Shown here piece after piece: positions 48,635-59,100 of a stretch of DNA of 64,000 bases. The stretch is from an uncultured Chitinophagaceae bacterium. GTDB taxonomy: Bacteria > Bacteroidota > Bacteroidia > Chitinophagales > LD1. The number at the start of each line of letters is the position of its first letter. Positions within the stretch are counted from its first letter, which is position 1. The notes under the pieces were generated by a model. The model made no database searches, was not told where the DNA came from, and saw nothing but the letters and a program-made list of their open reading frames with translations. The stretch is from the NCBI GenBank assembly GCA_964571705.1, contig CAZNDJ010000002.1:37585-101584 (forward strand). The letters are read 5' to 3'. The position numbers were made by a program, and so were the translations under genes.

Positions 48635-50176
48635 ATGAGTGAAAGAAGAGTCAGGGTGCGTTTTGCCCCATCTCCCACCGGTGGCCTGCATATAGGCGGA
48701 GTGCGGACAGCATTATTCAATTATCTGCTGGCTAAAAAACATGGCGGCGATTTCATCCTGCGTATAGAGGATACGGACCAGAACAGATTCGTAGAGGGCG
48801 CCGAGGAGTATATCATCAACGCCCTGAAGTGGTGTGGTATAGAGCCTAATGAAGGTATCGGATTTGGCGATGGTGCACATGCGCCCTACCGCCAGAGTGA
48901 GCGCAAGCCTATGTACCGCCAGTATGCAGAGCGGCTGGTAGAGTCGGGTCATGCATACTATGCCTTTGACACAGAGGAAGAGCTGGACAAATGGCGCGAA
49001 GATATGACAGCGCAGGGCGTACCCTCTCCGCAATACAACGCCGTGACGCGTCAGTACCTGAAAAACTCCACTTCACTCTCTGCGGACGAGGTAAAGACAC
49101 GCATGGAGCGCGGAGATAAATATGTAGTACGCTTCAAAATGCCACGCAATGATGATGTGAAGTTTCACGACCTGATACGCGGCTGGGTCACGTTCAATAC
49201 GTCTCAGCTGGATGACAAGGTGCTGCTAAAGAACGACGGCATGCCTACCTACCACCTCGCGCACGTAGTAGATGATACGCTGATGGAAATATCTCACGCC
49301 ATACGCGGCGAGGAGTGGCTGCCATCTGCCCCGCTGCACGTGCTGTGCTTCCGCGCGCTGGGCTGGGAGTCTACCATGCCGCAGTATGCGCACCTGCCAC
49401 TGATACTCAATCCGGATGGCAAGGGCAAACTAAGCAAGCGCTATGCTGATAAACTTGGCTTCCCATCGTTTCCTCTATCATGGACTACGATTAATAAGGA
49501 AACCGGTGCACCAGAGCTAAATGTAGGCTACAAGGAAACAGGTTTCTTCCCGGATGCATTTATCAATTTCCTGGCGCTGATCGGATGGCATCCGGGTGGT
49601 GACAAGGAAATAATGACGCTGGATGAAATGGTAGAACTATTCTCCCTCGAAAAGGTGCATAAAGCCGGTGCGAGGTTCGATTATGAAAAAGCAAAGTGGT
49701 TTAACCAGCAATACCTCAAAGCCAGGTCTAATGTAGAGCTGGCAGATGCAGTCAAAAAAGATATGGAGGCAGCAGGATTCACACTGGGCGATAGCAAACT
49801 GGCCGAATACTGCGGCCTGATCAAAGAGCGCGCGACCTTTATCAATGACATCATATCTATAGGTGTGTACCTCTACAAGGACATCCAGTACTATGACGAT
49901 GAGACCATCAAGAAAAAATGGAAGTCTGAGATCAAAGTAAAGTGGGATGAATATGTAGCCGGCAAGGACCTGTCTGCGCTGGAGGCTGATGCGATGATGA
50001 ATGAATTCATCGCCTTCACAGGGCTCAAGACGGGTGAGATCATGCCGGTACTGCGTGTAGCGCTGGCTGGTGTGCTGCAGGGGCCACCGGTGGTCGACAT
50101 GGCAAAATTTCTAGGAACAAACGGCACTGCGGAGCGCCTTAAAAAATCTTTTGATTATTTTGAATCAGTACGCTAA
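48635..50176 (+). CDS. gltX: Glutamate--tRNA ligase
   Basis: VRFAPSPTGGLHIGGVRTALFNY (HIGH region), KLSKR (KMSKS region), 513 aa from MSERRVRVRF. The ORF is open 10 codons further upstream. Confidence 0.93.
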   Translation: MSERRVRVRFAPSPTGGLHIGGVRTALFNYLLAKKHGGDFILRIEDTDQNRFVEGAEEYIINALKWCGIEPNEGIGFGDGAHAPYRQSERKPMYRQYAERLVESGHAYYAFDTEEELDKWREDMTAQGVPSPQYNAVTRQYLKNSTSLSADEVKTRMERGDKYVVRFKMPRNDDVKFHDLIRGWVTFNTSQLDDKVLLKNDGMPTYHLAHVVDDTLMEISHAIRGEEWLPSAPLHVLCFRALGWESTMPQYAHLPLILNPDGKGKLSKRYADKLGFPSFPLSWTTINKETGAPELNVGYKETGFFPDAFINFLALIGWHPGGDKEIMTLDEMVELFSLEKVHKAGARFDYEKAKWFNQQYLKARSNVELADAVKKDMEAAGFTLGDSKLAEYCGLIKERATFINDIISIGVYLYKDIQYYDDETIKKKWKSEIKVKWDEYVAGKDLSALEADAMMNEFIAFTGLKTGEIMPVLRVALAGVLQGPPVVDMAKFLGTNGTAERLKKSFDYFESVR

Positions 50177-50289
50177 TTTTATAGAGAATAGGCGCTAAAA
50201 TATTTTCAAAAAAATCTTGGCGCATTTAAAACACTCTTTATTTATTTGCCGTCAGTAAGCCAAAAATTAAAAACCATAAACTAAGTCAT

Positions 50290-50625
50290 ATGCCACGCAA
50301 GAAACGCGAAGAAGAGGACGACCTCGATCTCAACTCCAAAAAGAAAGGGAGGAGCGATGATGACGACGAAGAAGATCTGGAAGATGAAGAGGACGAGGAC
50401 CTGGATGCCTCTGAGGCAGAGTTTGAGACAGACGAGAGCGAGCCATCAGAAGATGACATCCGCGATCTGGACCTCGAGGAGTTTGAAGACCTGATAGACA
50501 ATAAGTCTAAGGGCAGCAAAGGCCGCAAGAGGGACGAAGACGAAGATGACGACTTCGATGACTTTCAGGAAGAGGAGGAGTATGATGACTTCGGCGGTGG
50601 CGGAGGATTCGACGATGATTTCTAA
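50290..50625 (+). CDS. Hyper-acidic small protein of unknown function (predicted disordered)
   Basis: 111 aa; by my count 55 residues are Asp/Glu. Short basic patches (PRKKR, KKKGR, KGSKGRKR). C-terminus is EEEEYDDFGGGGGFDDDF. It has its own strong terminator downstream. Confidence 0.6.
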   Translation: MPRKKREEEDDLDLNSKKKGRSDDDDEEDLEDEEDEDLDASEAEFETDESEPSEDDIRDLDLEEFEDLIDNKSKGSKGRKRDEDEDDDFDDFQEEEEYDDFGGGGGFDDDF

Positions 50626-50643
50626 GTCAAACAAAACGATACC

Positions 50644-50675
50644 AGCATACAGCCTCCCGGCTGTATGCTTTTTTA
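50644..50675 (+). terminator. Intrinsic terminator after the acidic-protein gene
   Basis: 10-bp stem AGCATACAGC (50644-50653) / GCTGTATGCT (50660-50669), followed by TTTTTT. Confidence 0.8.
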
Positions 50676-50695
50676 TTTCTGCTAAACGATAATAT

Positions 50696-51103
50696 ATGTC
50701 ACGTCCTGTCAGAGTACTGGTAGCCAAAGTAGGCCTGGATGGCCATGACCGCGGCGCAAAGGTGATAGCCTCAGCCCTGCGCGATGCAGGTATGGAGGTG
50801 ATCTATACCGGCCTACGCCAGACCCCGGAGATGGTGGTCAATGCCGCCCTGCAGGAGGACGTAGACGCTATAGGCATCAGCATCCTGTCCGGTGCACACA
50901 ATACGGTATTCCCAAAGGTACTGTCCCTCATGAAGGAGAAAGGCATGGATGATGTACTGCTGACCGGTGGTGGCATCATACCCGGAGATGACATGGCGCA
51001 GCTCAAAGACCAGGGCTGCGGAGAGCTCTTCCCCCCGGGTACTCCTACCAGTGAGATAGCTGATTATATCCGCGGCTGGGTGGGTGAGCACAGAAGCTTC
51101 TAA
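50696..51103 (+). CDS. Stand-alone cobalamin (B12)-binding domain protein, methylmalonyl-CoA mutase C-terminal-domain type
   Basis: [34 protein letters not shown] (DxHxxG B12-binding motif) and [11 protein letters not shown]; 135 aa. Confidence 0.88.
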   Translation: MSRPVRVLVAKVGLDGHDRGAKVIASALRDAGMEVIYTGLRQTPEMVVNAALQEDVDAIGISILSGAHNTVFPKVLSLMKEKGMDDVLLTGGGIIPGDDMAQLKDQGCGELFPPGTPTSEIADYIRGWVGEHRSF

Positions 51104-51140
51104 GGCTGTCCCTTGGCTTTTTCGTATTATTGCGGCCACT

Positions 51141-53063
51141 ATGCACTATCTATCTGTAGAGGGCCTCTCTAAATCTTTTGGCGCCAAGCCGATCTTTTCC
51201 AATATCACGCTGAATATCTCCGAGGGGGATAAAGTAGGCCTCATAGCCAAAAACGGTGCCGGCAAAAGTACCATGCTCAATATCATATCTGGCAGGGATA
51301 CTGCCGAGGCTGGCAAGGTATGGGTGCATAAAGATGTGAAGGTGTGCTTTTTGGATCAGGAGCCAGTGTTTGACCCGACCAAGACAGTGGTAGAAAACAT
51401 CTTTGACCATAAGCATCCGATGATAGATGCGGTGAAAGAATATGAAGCGCTGATGGAGGATGAAAACCCAGATGCAGATAAGCTGACGGAAGCGATGGGT
51501 AAGATGGATGAGCTGAATGCCTGGGACTTTGAGAGCAAGGTACACCAGATACTAGGCCGCCTCAAGATCGGCACGCTGACCAATAAGGCAGGGCAGCTCT
51601 CCGGTGGTCAGAAAAAGCGCCTGGCACTGGCCAAGACGCTGATAGATGTAGAGTTTGACGCAAGTCGCAAGCTGCTGATCATGGACGAACCGACTAACCA
51701 CCTTGACTTTGACATGATAGAGTGGCTGGAAAACTTTCTTGCAGACTCAAAGATGACGCTGCTGCTGGTCACACACGACCGCTACTTTCTCGACTCTGTG
51801 TGCAATGAGATCATGGAGTTGACCCCGGGTGAGCTCTATACCTATACGGGAGATTACGAGTACTTTCTGGAAAAAAAGGCGGAGCGCGAGGCCACTGAGA
51901 GTGCCAGTGTAGACAAGGCGCGCAACCTGATGCGCAAAGAGCTGGACTGGATGCGCAAGCAACCGAAGGCCCGCACTACTAAATCCAAATCACGTATAGA
52001 TGCCTTCTACGAACTCCAGACCAAGGCTGCAGGCAAGACCAAAGAGCAGGAGCTACTGCTCAATGTAAAAATGTCCCGCCTGGGCGGCAAAATACTGGAG
52101 CTAAAAAAGGTGTATAAAGCCTATGGTGAAAAGAAGATCCTGAATGGCTTTGACTATACATTCAAGAAAGGTGACCGTATAGGTATCATCGGCGAAAATG
52201 GTGTAGGTAAAACAACTTTCCTGAATATACTGTTGGGCCTGGAAAAGCCGGACACAGGCAAGATCAATGTGGGCGACACGATCGTATTTGGCTACTTTGA
52301 CCAGAAGGGCCTGCAGTGGAAGGAAGACAAGCGAGTAATAGAATATGTAAAGGACATCGCCGAGCACTTCCCGCTGGCCAATGGCGATAAGGTTTCTGCT
52401 ACCAAGTTTCTGGAGCTTTTCCAGTTTACGCCGGAGCAGCAGTTTACATTTATATCAAAGTTGAGCGGTGGAGAGAAGAAGCGCCTGCAGCTATTGGCCA
52501 TCCTCTTCACTAATCCAAACTTCCTGATACTGGATGAGCCTACGAATGACCTGGACCTGATCACCCTCCAGGTATTGGAGGATTTCCTACTCTCCTATCA
52601 GGGCTGCGTGATCATCGTATCTCACGACAGGTACTTTATGGATAAACTGGTAGACCACCTGTTTGTTTTTGAGGGCAAGGGCGTGATACGCGACTTCCCA
52701 GGTAACTATACCTTGTATCGTTTCTACAAAGATCAAGAGAAAAAGACGGGTACATTCAGCCAGGAGGCTAAATCATCTCTGCTACAGGCTGAGCCGGAAG
52801 AAAAAGAGGAAAAGCCGGTGGCCAAAACCGAAACTGCGGCTGCTCCAAAGAAGATGTCCTATAAGGAGAAACTAGAGTTTGAGACATTGGAAAAAGAACT
52901 ACCAGCACTGACCAAAGAGCGCGACGAGCTGAATGACAAAATAGCATCAGGATCACTGCCCTATGAGGAACTACAAAAAGTACTCGCGCGCATAGCGGAT
53001 GTGACCGGCCAGCTGGAGTCCAAGGAAATGCGCTGGCTGGAGCTGAGCGAAAAGACGGCTTAA
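51141..53063 (+). CDS. ABC-F family ATP-binding cassette protein (Uup/YheS-like)
   Basis: Two NBDs: Walker A GKNGAGKST and GENGVGKTT, signatures LSGGQKKR and LSGGEKKR, Walker B LLIMDEPTNHLD and FLILDEPTNDLD. C-terminal charged coiled coil. Start at MHYLSVEGLSKSFG; the ORF is open 19 codons upstream and would overlap the previous gene. Confidence 0.9.
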   Translation: MHYLSVEGLSKSFGAKPIFSNITLNISEGDKVGLIAKNGAGKSTMLNIISGRDTAEAGKVWVHKDVKVCFLDQEPVFDPTKTVVENIFDHKHPMIDAVKEYEALMEDENPDADKLTEAMGKMDELNAWDFESKVHQILGRLKIGTLTNKAGQLSGGQKKRLALAKTLIDVEFDASRKLLIMDEPTNHLDFDMIEWLENFLADSKMTLLLVTHDRYFLDSVCNEIMELTPGELYTYTGDYEYFLEKKAEREATESASVDKARNLMRKELDWMRKQPKARTTKSKSRIDAFYELQTKAAGKTKEQELLLNVKMSRLGGKILELKKVYKAYGEKKILNGFDYTFKKGDRIGIIGENGVGKTTFLNILLGLEKPDTGKINVGDTIVFGYFDQKGLQWKEDKRVIEYVKDIAEHFPLANGDKVSATKFLELFQFTPEQQFTFISKLSGGEKKRLQLLAILFTNPNFLILDEPTNDLDLITLQVLEDFLLSYQGCVIIVSHDRYFMDKLVDHLFVFEGKGVIRDFPGNYTLYRFYKDQEKKTGTFSQEAKSSLLQAEPEEKEEKPVAKTETAAAPKKMSYKEKLEFETLEKELPALTKERDELNDKIASGSLPYEELQKVLARIADVTGQLESKEMRWLELSEKTA

Positions 53064-53078
53064 AGTCACTCTAAAACA

Positions 53079-53111
53079 AAAACAGCGCAGGTATTCACCT
53101 CGCGCTGTTTT
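53079..53111. terminator. Bidirectional intrinsic terminator between convergent ABC-F and giant adhesin genes
   Basis: AAAACAGCGC (53079-53088) / GCGCTGTTTT (53102-53111), 13-nt loop. Confidence 0.7.
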
Positions 53112-53138
53112 AAGAAAAAAACCCGTTTATCTTTCAGA

Positions 53139-56100
53139 CTACTTAGTCACTATTATCTTGCCTGAGAAGGTGGCGTTAGACTCTGATACCACATTCACGA
53201 TATAGATACCGGCAGCGAGGTCGAGACCCTGTACCATGTACTCCTGCATCTGATCCTGCATATCAGTGGTGTAAACTACCTGACCCATCTGGTTGGTGAT
53301 CACTACCTGCTTGATGTTTTCATTTGACTCCCTCAGAGCGATATTGAGTGCACGGCCCGATGCCAGTGGATTAGGATATACCTGCATGATGGTAGTATTG
53401 ACCTGGCCATCTGAGACATTGTCAAAATCGACTACTACTATGCTTGAGTATTCATATTTCCCATCTACATCCACTTGCTTGAGGCGGTAGTAGTTAGTGC
53501 CAGCTAGTGGCCTGCTATCCGTGAGGATGTAGTTTTGCTCTTCGTTAGTAGTGCCATTACCTTTCACTTCACCTATTTTGTCCCAGGTATTGCCATCAGC
53601 TGACCGCTCTACATCAAAGTGGTCATTATTTATCTCTGATGCTGTAGACCACCTGAGCAGTGACTTGGAGCCCTCATATTTATCACCAGTGAAAGAGATG
53701 AGTTTCACTGGCAGTGCGCCACTCCACTGTATTGTATAGGTGGTAGGAGCAGGGTCTACCTTGTTAGCAGCATCGGTAGTAGCATAGTTAAAGGTCAGTG
53801 CCTGTGTACCATTGCCGCTGAATTTGATCATGAACTTGGTAGGGTCTACGTTAGTGATCACAGTGTATCCTGTTATCTCTTCATATACCTGCAGGGTACC
53901 GTCACCGTTAGCATCGTAGAAGAGTTTATTACCGTTCAGGCCAGACAGGCTGGTGATCGTAAATTTACTGCCAGCTACGAATGCGCCATCTTCAGGATCA
54001 GAGCCGGAGAACATACCGAGGCCATTTCCTGCTGTGATAGTTTTCACAGCGTAGTGAGCAGGCTTAGGAATAGTATAAGTCTTAGGTACTGATGTAGGCA
54101 GCTGGTCATAGCCTAGGTACACATTCGTTACATTTGTCACACTCACTCCTACAGGTAGTTGGCTAGGTGTAGTATATACTCCTGATCCGGAGTTGTTATT
54201 AGATCCGTATTGAGATTTGGTGCCTACCCAGTTTGTAGGCCATGTACTGGCTGGTGTAGCCGCACCTATAGATGGATTGCTGGTGCTTGGCGTGATCTTC
54301 ATGCTCGAGGTATATGCCGGCACAGTGGCGAATGAGAACGAACCGTCAGCAGCTACCACGCTGGATGCCAATACTGAATTGGCACTGCTTGAAAGTACTG
54401 CATACAGCACCTGTCCGCGGTTACTGGTGATTTCTACTCCATCCTTTAGTCCATTACCGTTTGCATCATCCAGCATTTTGCCACTAAGATTTACAAAGCA
54501 GTTTGATACTACCACATGTACAGCAGAGTCTACGGCGCAGCCGTTGGCATATACAGCGTAGACCCTATAGTATCCGGAATCTGTAATGGCTATGCTGGTC
54601 ATGGATGGATTCTGAGTGGTACTGGTGAAACCATTAGGTCCAGTCCATGAGTATGCAGGTGCACTACCGGAAGCGCTGAGAGTCATTGGTCCGCGTGCAC
54701 ATATCGGATTCGATACTGTAGGGATAGCATATGGCATGCCTACGCATGATATCTGATAATCCTCAACCTCACCGCTGGTAGCCAGACCGTAGGAGTTAGC
54801 TACCTCTGTGCTATCATTGGCTATGCGGAATCGCGCATAGGTAGTAGGTGATGTGGAAATAAATGATGTAACGGTGAAAGTCAGGCTCACTGACTGCGTG
54901 CTGGCGCTGGATGGTATCCTGACTGACTGACGCTCAGCTGCATCAAACACTCCATTTTTATTGAAGTCTATCCAGCCAGCTATGGTAGCGTACTGTCCTG
55001 AATTATTGTACGCGCTGATGTTTACTGTATAGGTATTGCAGTTAGCACATGCTGCCGGGAATGTGACACCATCATCCAGCGCGTCTACTGCTGCACCTGT
55101 AGCTGGCTGTCCATCACCATCGCAGGTTTCGCCAGTGCCCAGGTAAAGGCTACCTGATACCGAGTGGTAAGGTCCATTGCTGGCATATAGCGTCTTGTAA
55201 GTGTCAGGCGCATCACCATAGTCAAAGAGGCTACCTACGGATACATCATCGAGGAAGTTGCCTATTGAGTTATTGCCACCATAGGAGCCTACAGCTGTAA
55301 ACTGGAGACGGGTAATATACTGACCAGCTGGTACTGTGTAAAAGCCACTATATGTACCCCAGCCGCTTGTACCATCTATTACAGTAGTTTGCAGGGTAGG
55401 GGACTGTGGTGGACCTATGAGTAGCTGTGCAGTATCTGCACCAGACCTGCCACGGTGAGAGAAGCTCCACTTCAGCTTAGTGCCTGGTGTAGTATAAACG
55501 TCCTGATAGAGGGCACCATAGAGGTTGGCTTCAAGCTCGACAAAATAGGTGCCGCCATGTGCTGGCACACTGAGGAATCCTGTTTGCCATACTTCTACCA
55601 TCTTATCAGGGGCGGTGGTACGCCAGTAAGGCAGATTGGTCTCTGATGTAATAATATAGCTACTAGGAGCTGGACCCATTTCGAAACCTGGATTCTGGAA
55701 GCCGTTAGTACATGCAGCAACCAGAGGGGCAGTAACGTAGATCTGATAGTCTTCCACCTCACCATTGGTGGCCAGGCCGGTAGCTGCTGTGACATCTGTG
55801 CTGCCGGTGGCAAAACGGAACCTCATAGAGGTAGGGCCATATTCTACGGAGTCAGATACGTTGAAAGTGATCGTATTTACACCGGCAGTGACAGCAACAT
55901 TCTTGATCGCATACTCGCTGCCTCCGTCAAATGCATTGTTTTGGTTAAAATCCGCCCACGCATTCAGATAGCCTGCAGTGCTCGCAGTGACTGTGATAGT
56001 ATTGGTACCCATGGTCACGATATTCACTGATGTAGGAACACCAATGTTAAAGTTTACTCCATCCTCATCGGCTACACCTATCGTATCATCTCCGAGTTCA

Positions 56101-59100
56101 TTTACAGATGGCTGTCCATCCAGCTCTGCATCGATCTGGGAGCCCAGATATACGCCAGAGACGATCATATGGCCGGCCCCATTATTCGTTACAGTAGTAG
56201 GTACACCCCATGCATCACCATAGTCTATATCAGCCTTAAAGCCGAATGTAAACAAAGCACCGTCCCTCAGGTCTGCATTGAATGAAGTGGTAGTACCTGA
56301 AGGAGTACCTGATTTGTACGTCTCATATACGCCGTTTGCATCAGAGTCTATCAGCATGTAGACAGTCATAGAAGATGCGATAGGAGCGTAGTTTCCAAAA
56401 CTTGTAGAAGATCTGTCGAAAACAAAATTCATGCTAGCCCTGGTACCTGTTTGTGACGCCCTCCATGTAGTAGCGATCTTTGCATTAATGTTATTAGGTA
56501 GTCCTGTAGCGGCGCTCACTGTATTAGCTCCGGCATTATCTGCTACTACTAGGAAAGAATAATATGGCAGAGTTGTAGCACCATTTATGGAGAGAATGTT
56601 CGTATTGATGCTTACAGACTGGTATTGGAAGAGTGCACATACATTATCTACACCTACTCCGAATATGTTGTTTTTGTAGCTGCCATTAGAAGAAGCGTTC
56701 CAGAATATAGTACCGTTGCTGGCTACATAGTTCTTGGCAGAAGTCTGATCGAGTGTAAAGCCGTATTTAAGTGCCAGATAGCTTTCTACCTGGTATTTTT
56801 CCGCTGTGGTCAGCTGACGATTGAAGAGCGCTACTTCTGCTATTTGGCCCGTCAGGTACCTGCCATAGGTGGCAGTGCCCATTCTCTCTCCTACGCTGTA
56901 TCGTGTGGCTGCAAATGCACTGGTCGTAAATGTACCTGTTGTCTGGGCTTTCCCTTCTACAAAGAATGAATCCCTGTTCGACGCGTTAGTAGTAAAGAGG
57001 GACGTAGCCATATGGTACTGCCCGGTAGCGTTTGCGTTGGTATATTTGCCCAAAACACTGCTATTTCTGATAGTGTAGAGTGCACCAGCACCTTTTGCGA
57101 AGAAAGCTGCGCTGTTATTGGCCAGAGAGTCTACTGTGGCAGCCGCTGCTACGGAAAATATACCTGATGCATTGGCTGCTGATGTGCTGGCATTCATTAC
57201 GCTGAAAGCGGTGGCTTCAGTAGATGTGATAGATGTGCCAAATGCACCCAAAAGGCCACCGGTGCCATTGAAGTTTACTGCCGGGTGATAGTTTACTGCG
57301 CTGGATGTAAGAGTTGGAGCAGTACCATTTATCGCAGTCACGTCGTTATTGAGTTGGCTGGCATCCCACCATCCTGTCACATTGGAGCCTGATGCTATGA
57401 CACTGTCGCCATAGAGCCAGAGCGCTGTGTTGCTAGTCACTCCACCAGGTGAGGAAAAATTGAGCACTACAGTAGTATTGCCAGTGACAGTACATGAGTG
57501 TGCATCGGTCACCGTCAGGTAATATATACCTGACTTAGACGGAGTGGCAGATGCTATGGATGGATTCGCTGAGGTAGATGTATATGCTGAAGGACCACTC
57601 CATGAATATGTGTACGGGGTGGTACCGGCAGCGCCATTAGAGGTCAGATTGATTGTGCCATTGAGCAGGATAGGTGTGTTAGATGATGGAGCTGCAGTAG
57701 GGAGTGCCCAAACCGTAGCGGTACCACTGGCCGCAGCAGTACATCCTGATGCATTGGTCACAGTCACTGTATATGTGGTGGTAGCAGCAGGCGCTACTGT
57801 GAAGCTGCTGGCCGTGGAACCTGTGTTCCAGAGGTATGTGCCGCCACCTGTAGCAGTGATAGTTATATTGACATTTTTGCAAGCAGATCCTCCTGTCACT
57901 GTCACAGTGGGTCTTACAGCAGCCGTAGCTACTGCACTGGCAGTAGCAGTACATCCTGATGCATTTGTCACCGTCACCCTATATGTGCCCGCCAGTGTTA
58001 CAGCTGTACTCGCTGTGGTTGCACCATTGCTCCAGGCATAGCTCGTGCCTCCTGAGGCTGTGAGTACGGCAGCTGTTCCGGAGCAGATAGGTCCTCCTGT
58101 TGCAGTTGCGACAGGCAGGGCATTTACTGTCACGGTGCTGGTAGCGCTGGCAGTACAGCCAGCTGCATTGCTCACTGTCACAGTATAGGTAGTAGTACTG
58201 GCCGGGGATACCGTGATGCTCGCTGTAGTCGCACCAGTACTCCAGAGATATGAAGCACCACCACTGGCAGTCAGTGTAGCGGAGCCGCCTGCACATATAG
58301 AGGTACTATTGACAGAGGCCGTAGGATATGTAGATGCGGTGACAGTAGATGTGGCAGTAGCAGTACATGTTGCTGCATTAGTCACGGTCACAGTATAGCT
58401 GCCTGTACTGCTAGTGGATATACTAGTAGTAGTAGCTCCAGTGCTCCATGCATAGGTTCCACCTCCTGTCGCAGTCAGTGTCGCCGGTGTGCCGGAGCAG
58501 ATGACACCGTTATTGACAGTAGCTACCGGATTGGCGGCTATGGTTACGGTACCACTCGCAGTTGCAGTGCAGCTACCCATATTAGTAGCGGTCACACTAT
58601 ATGTCCCCGCTACAGTAGTAGTGATGCTGGTGGTAGTAGCTCCTGTGCTCCATACATATATAGACCCCCCGGTGGCAGTCAGCATAGCTGTTTTGCCTGC
58701 ACATATCGCAGTGTCATTTACAGATGGCGTAGGCAGAGGATTTACAGTAATGATACCACTCGCAGTAGCTGTACATGCCAGTGCGTCGGTCACAGTCACG
58801 GAAAATACACCAGCAGTCAGGCTACGGATAGTATCTGTAGTGCTGCCGGTACTCCACAAATAGGTACCGCCACCCGTAGCAGTCATTGTAGCTGTGGCAC
58901 CTTCACATACTGCCGGATTTGTCACTGATGCCGTTGCACTATCTGTAGTGATAGTACCACTAGCAGATGCTGAGCAGCCAGCTGCGCTGGTCACGGTCAC
59001 AGTGTATGTAGTAGTAGTGGCTGGACTAGCTATGGTCAGGCCTGCTGTTGTAGCCCCGGTATTCCAGAGGTATGTACCGCCGCCAGAGGCTGTGATAGTA

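Noticed and set aside
50286-50528. 80-aa Ser/Arg-rich minus-strand ORF
   Set aside because: It is the mirror image of the GA-rich acidic-protein gene. The + strand gene has a terminator in the correct orientation, and the minus ORF has none.
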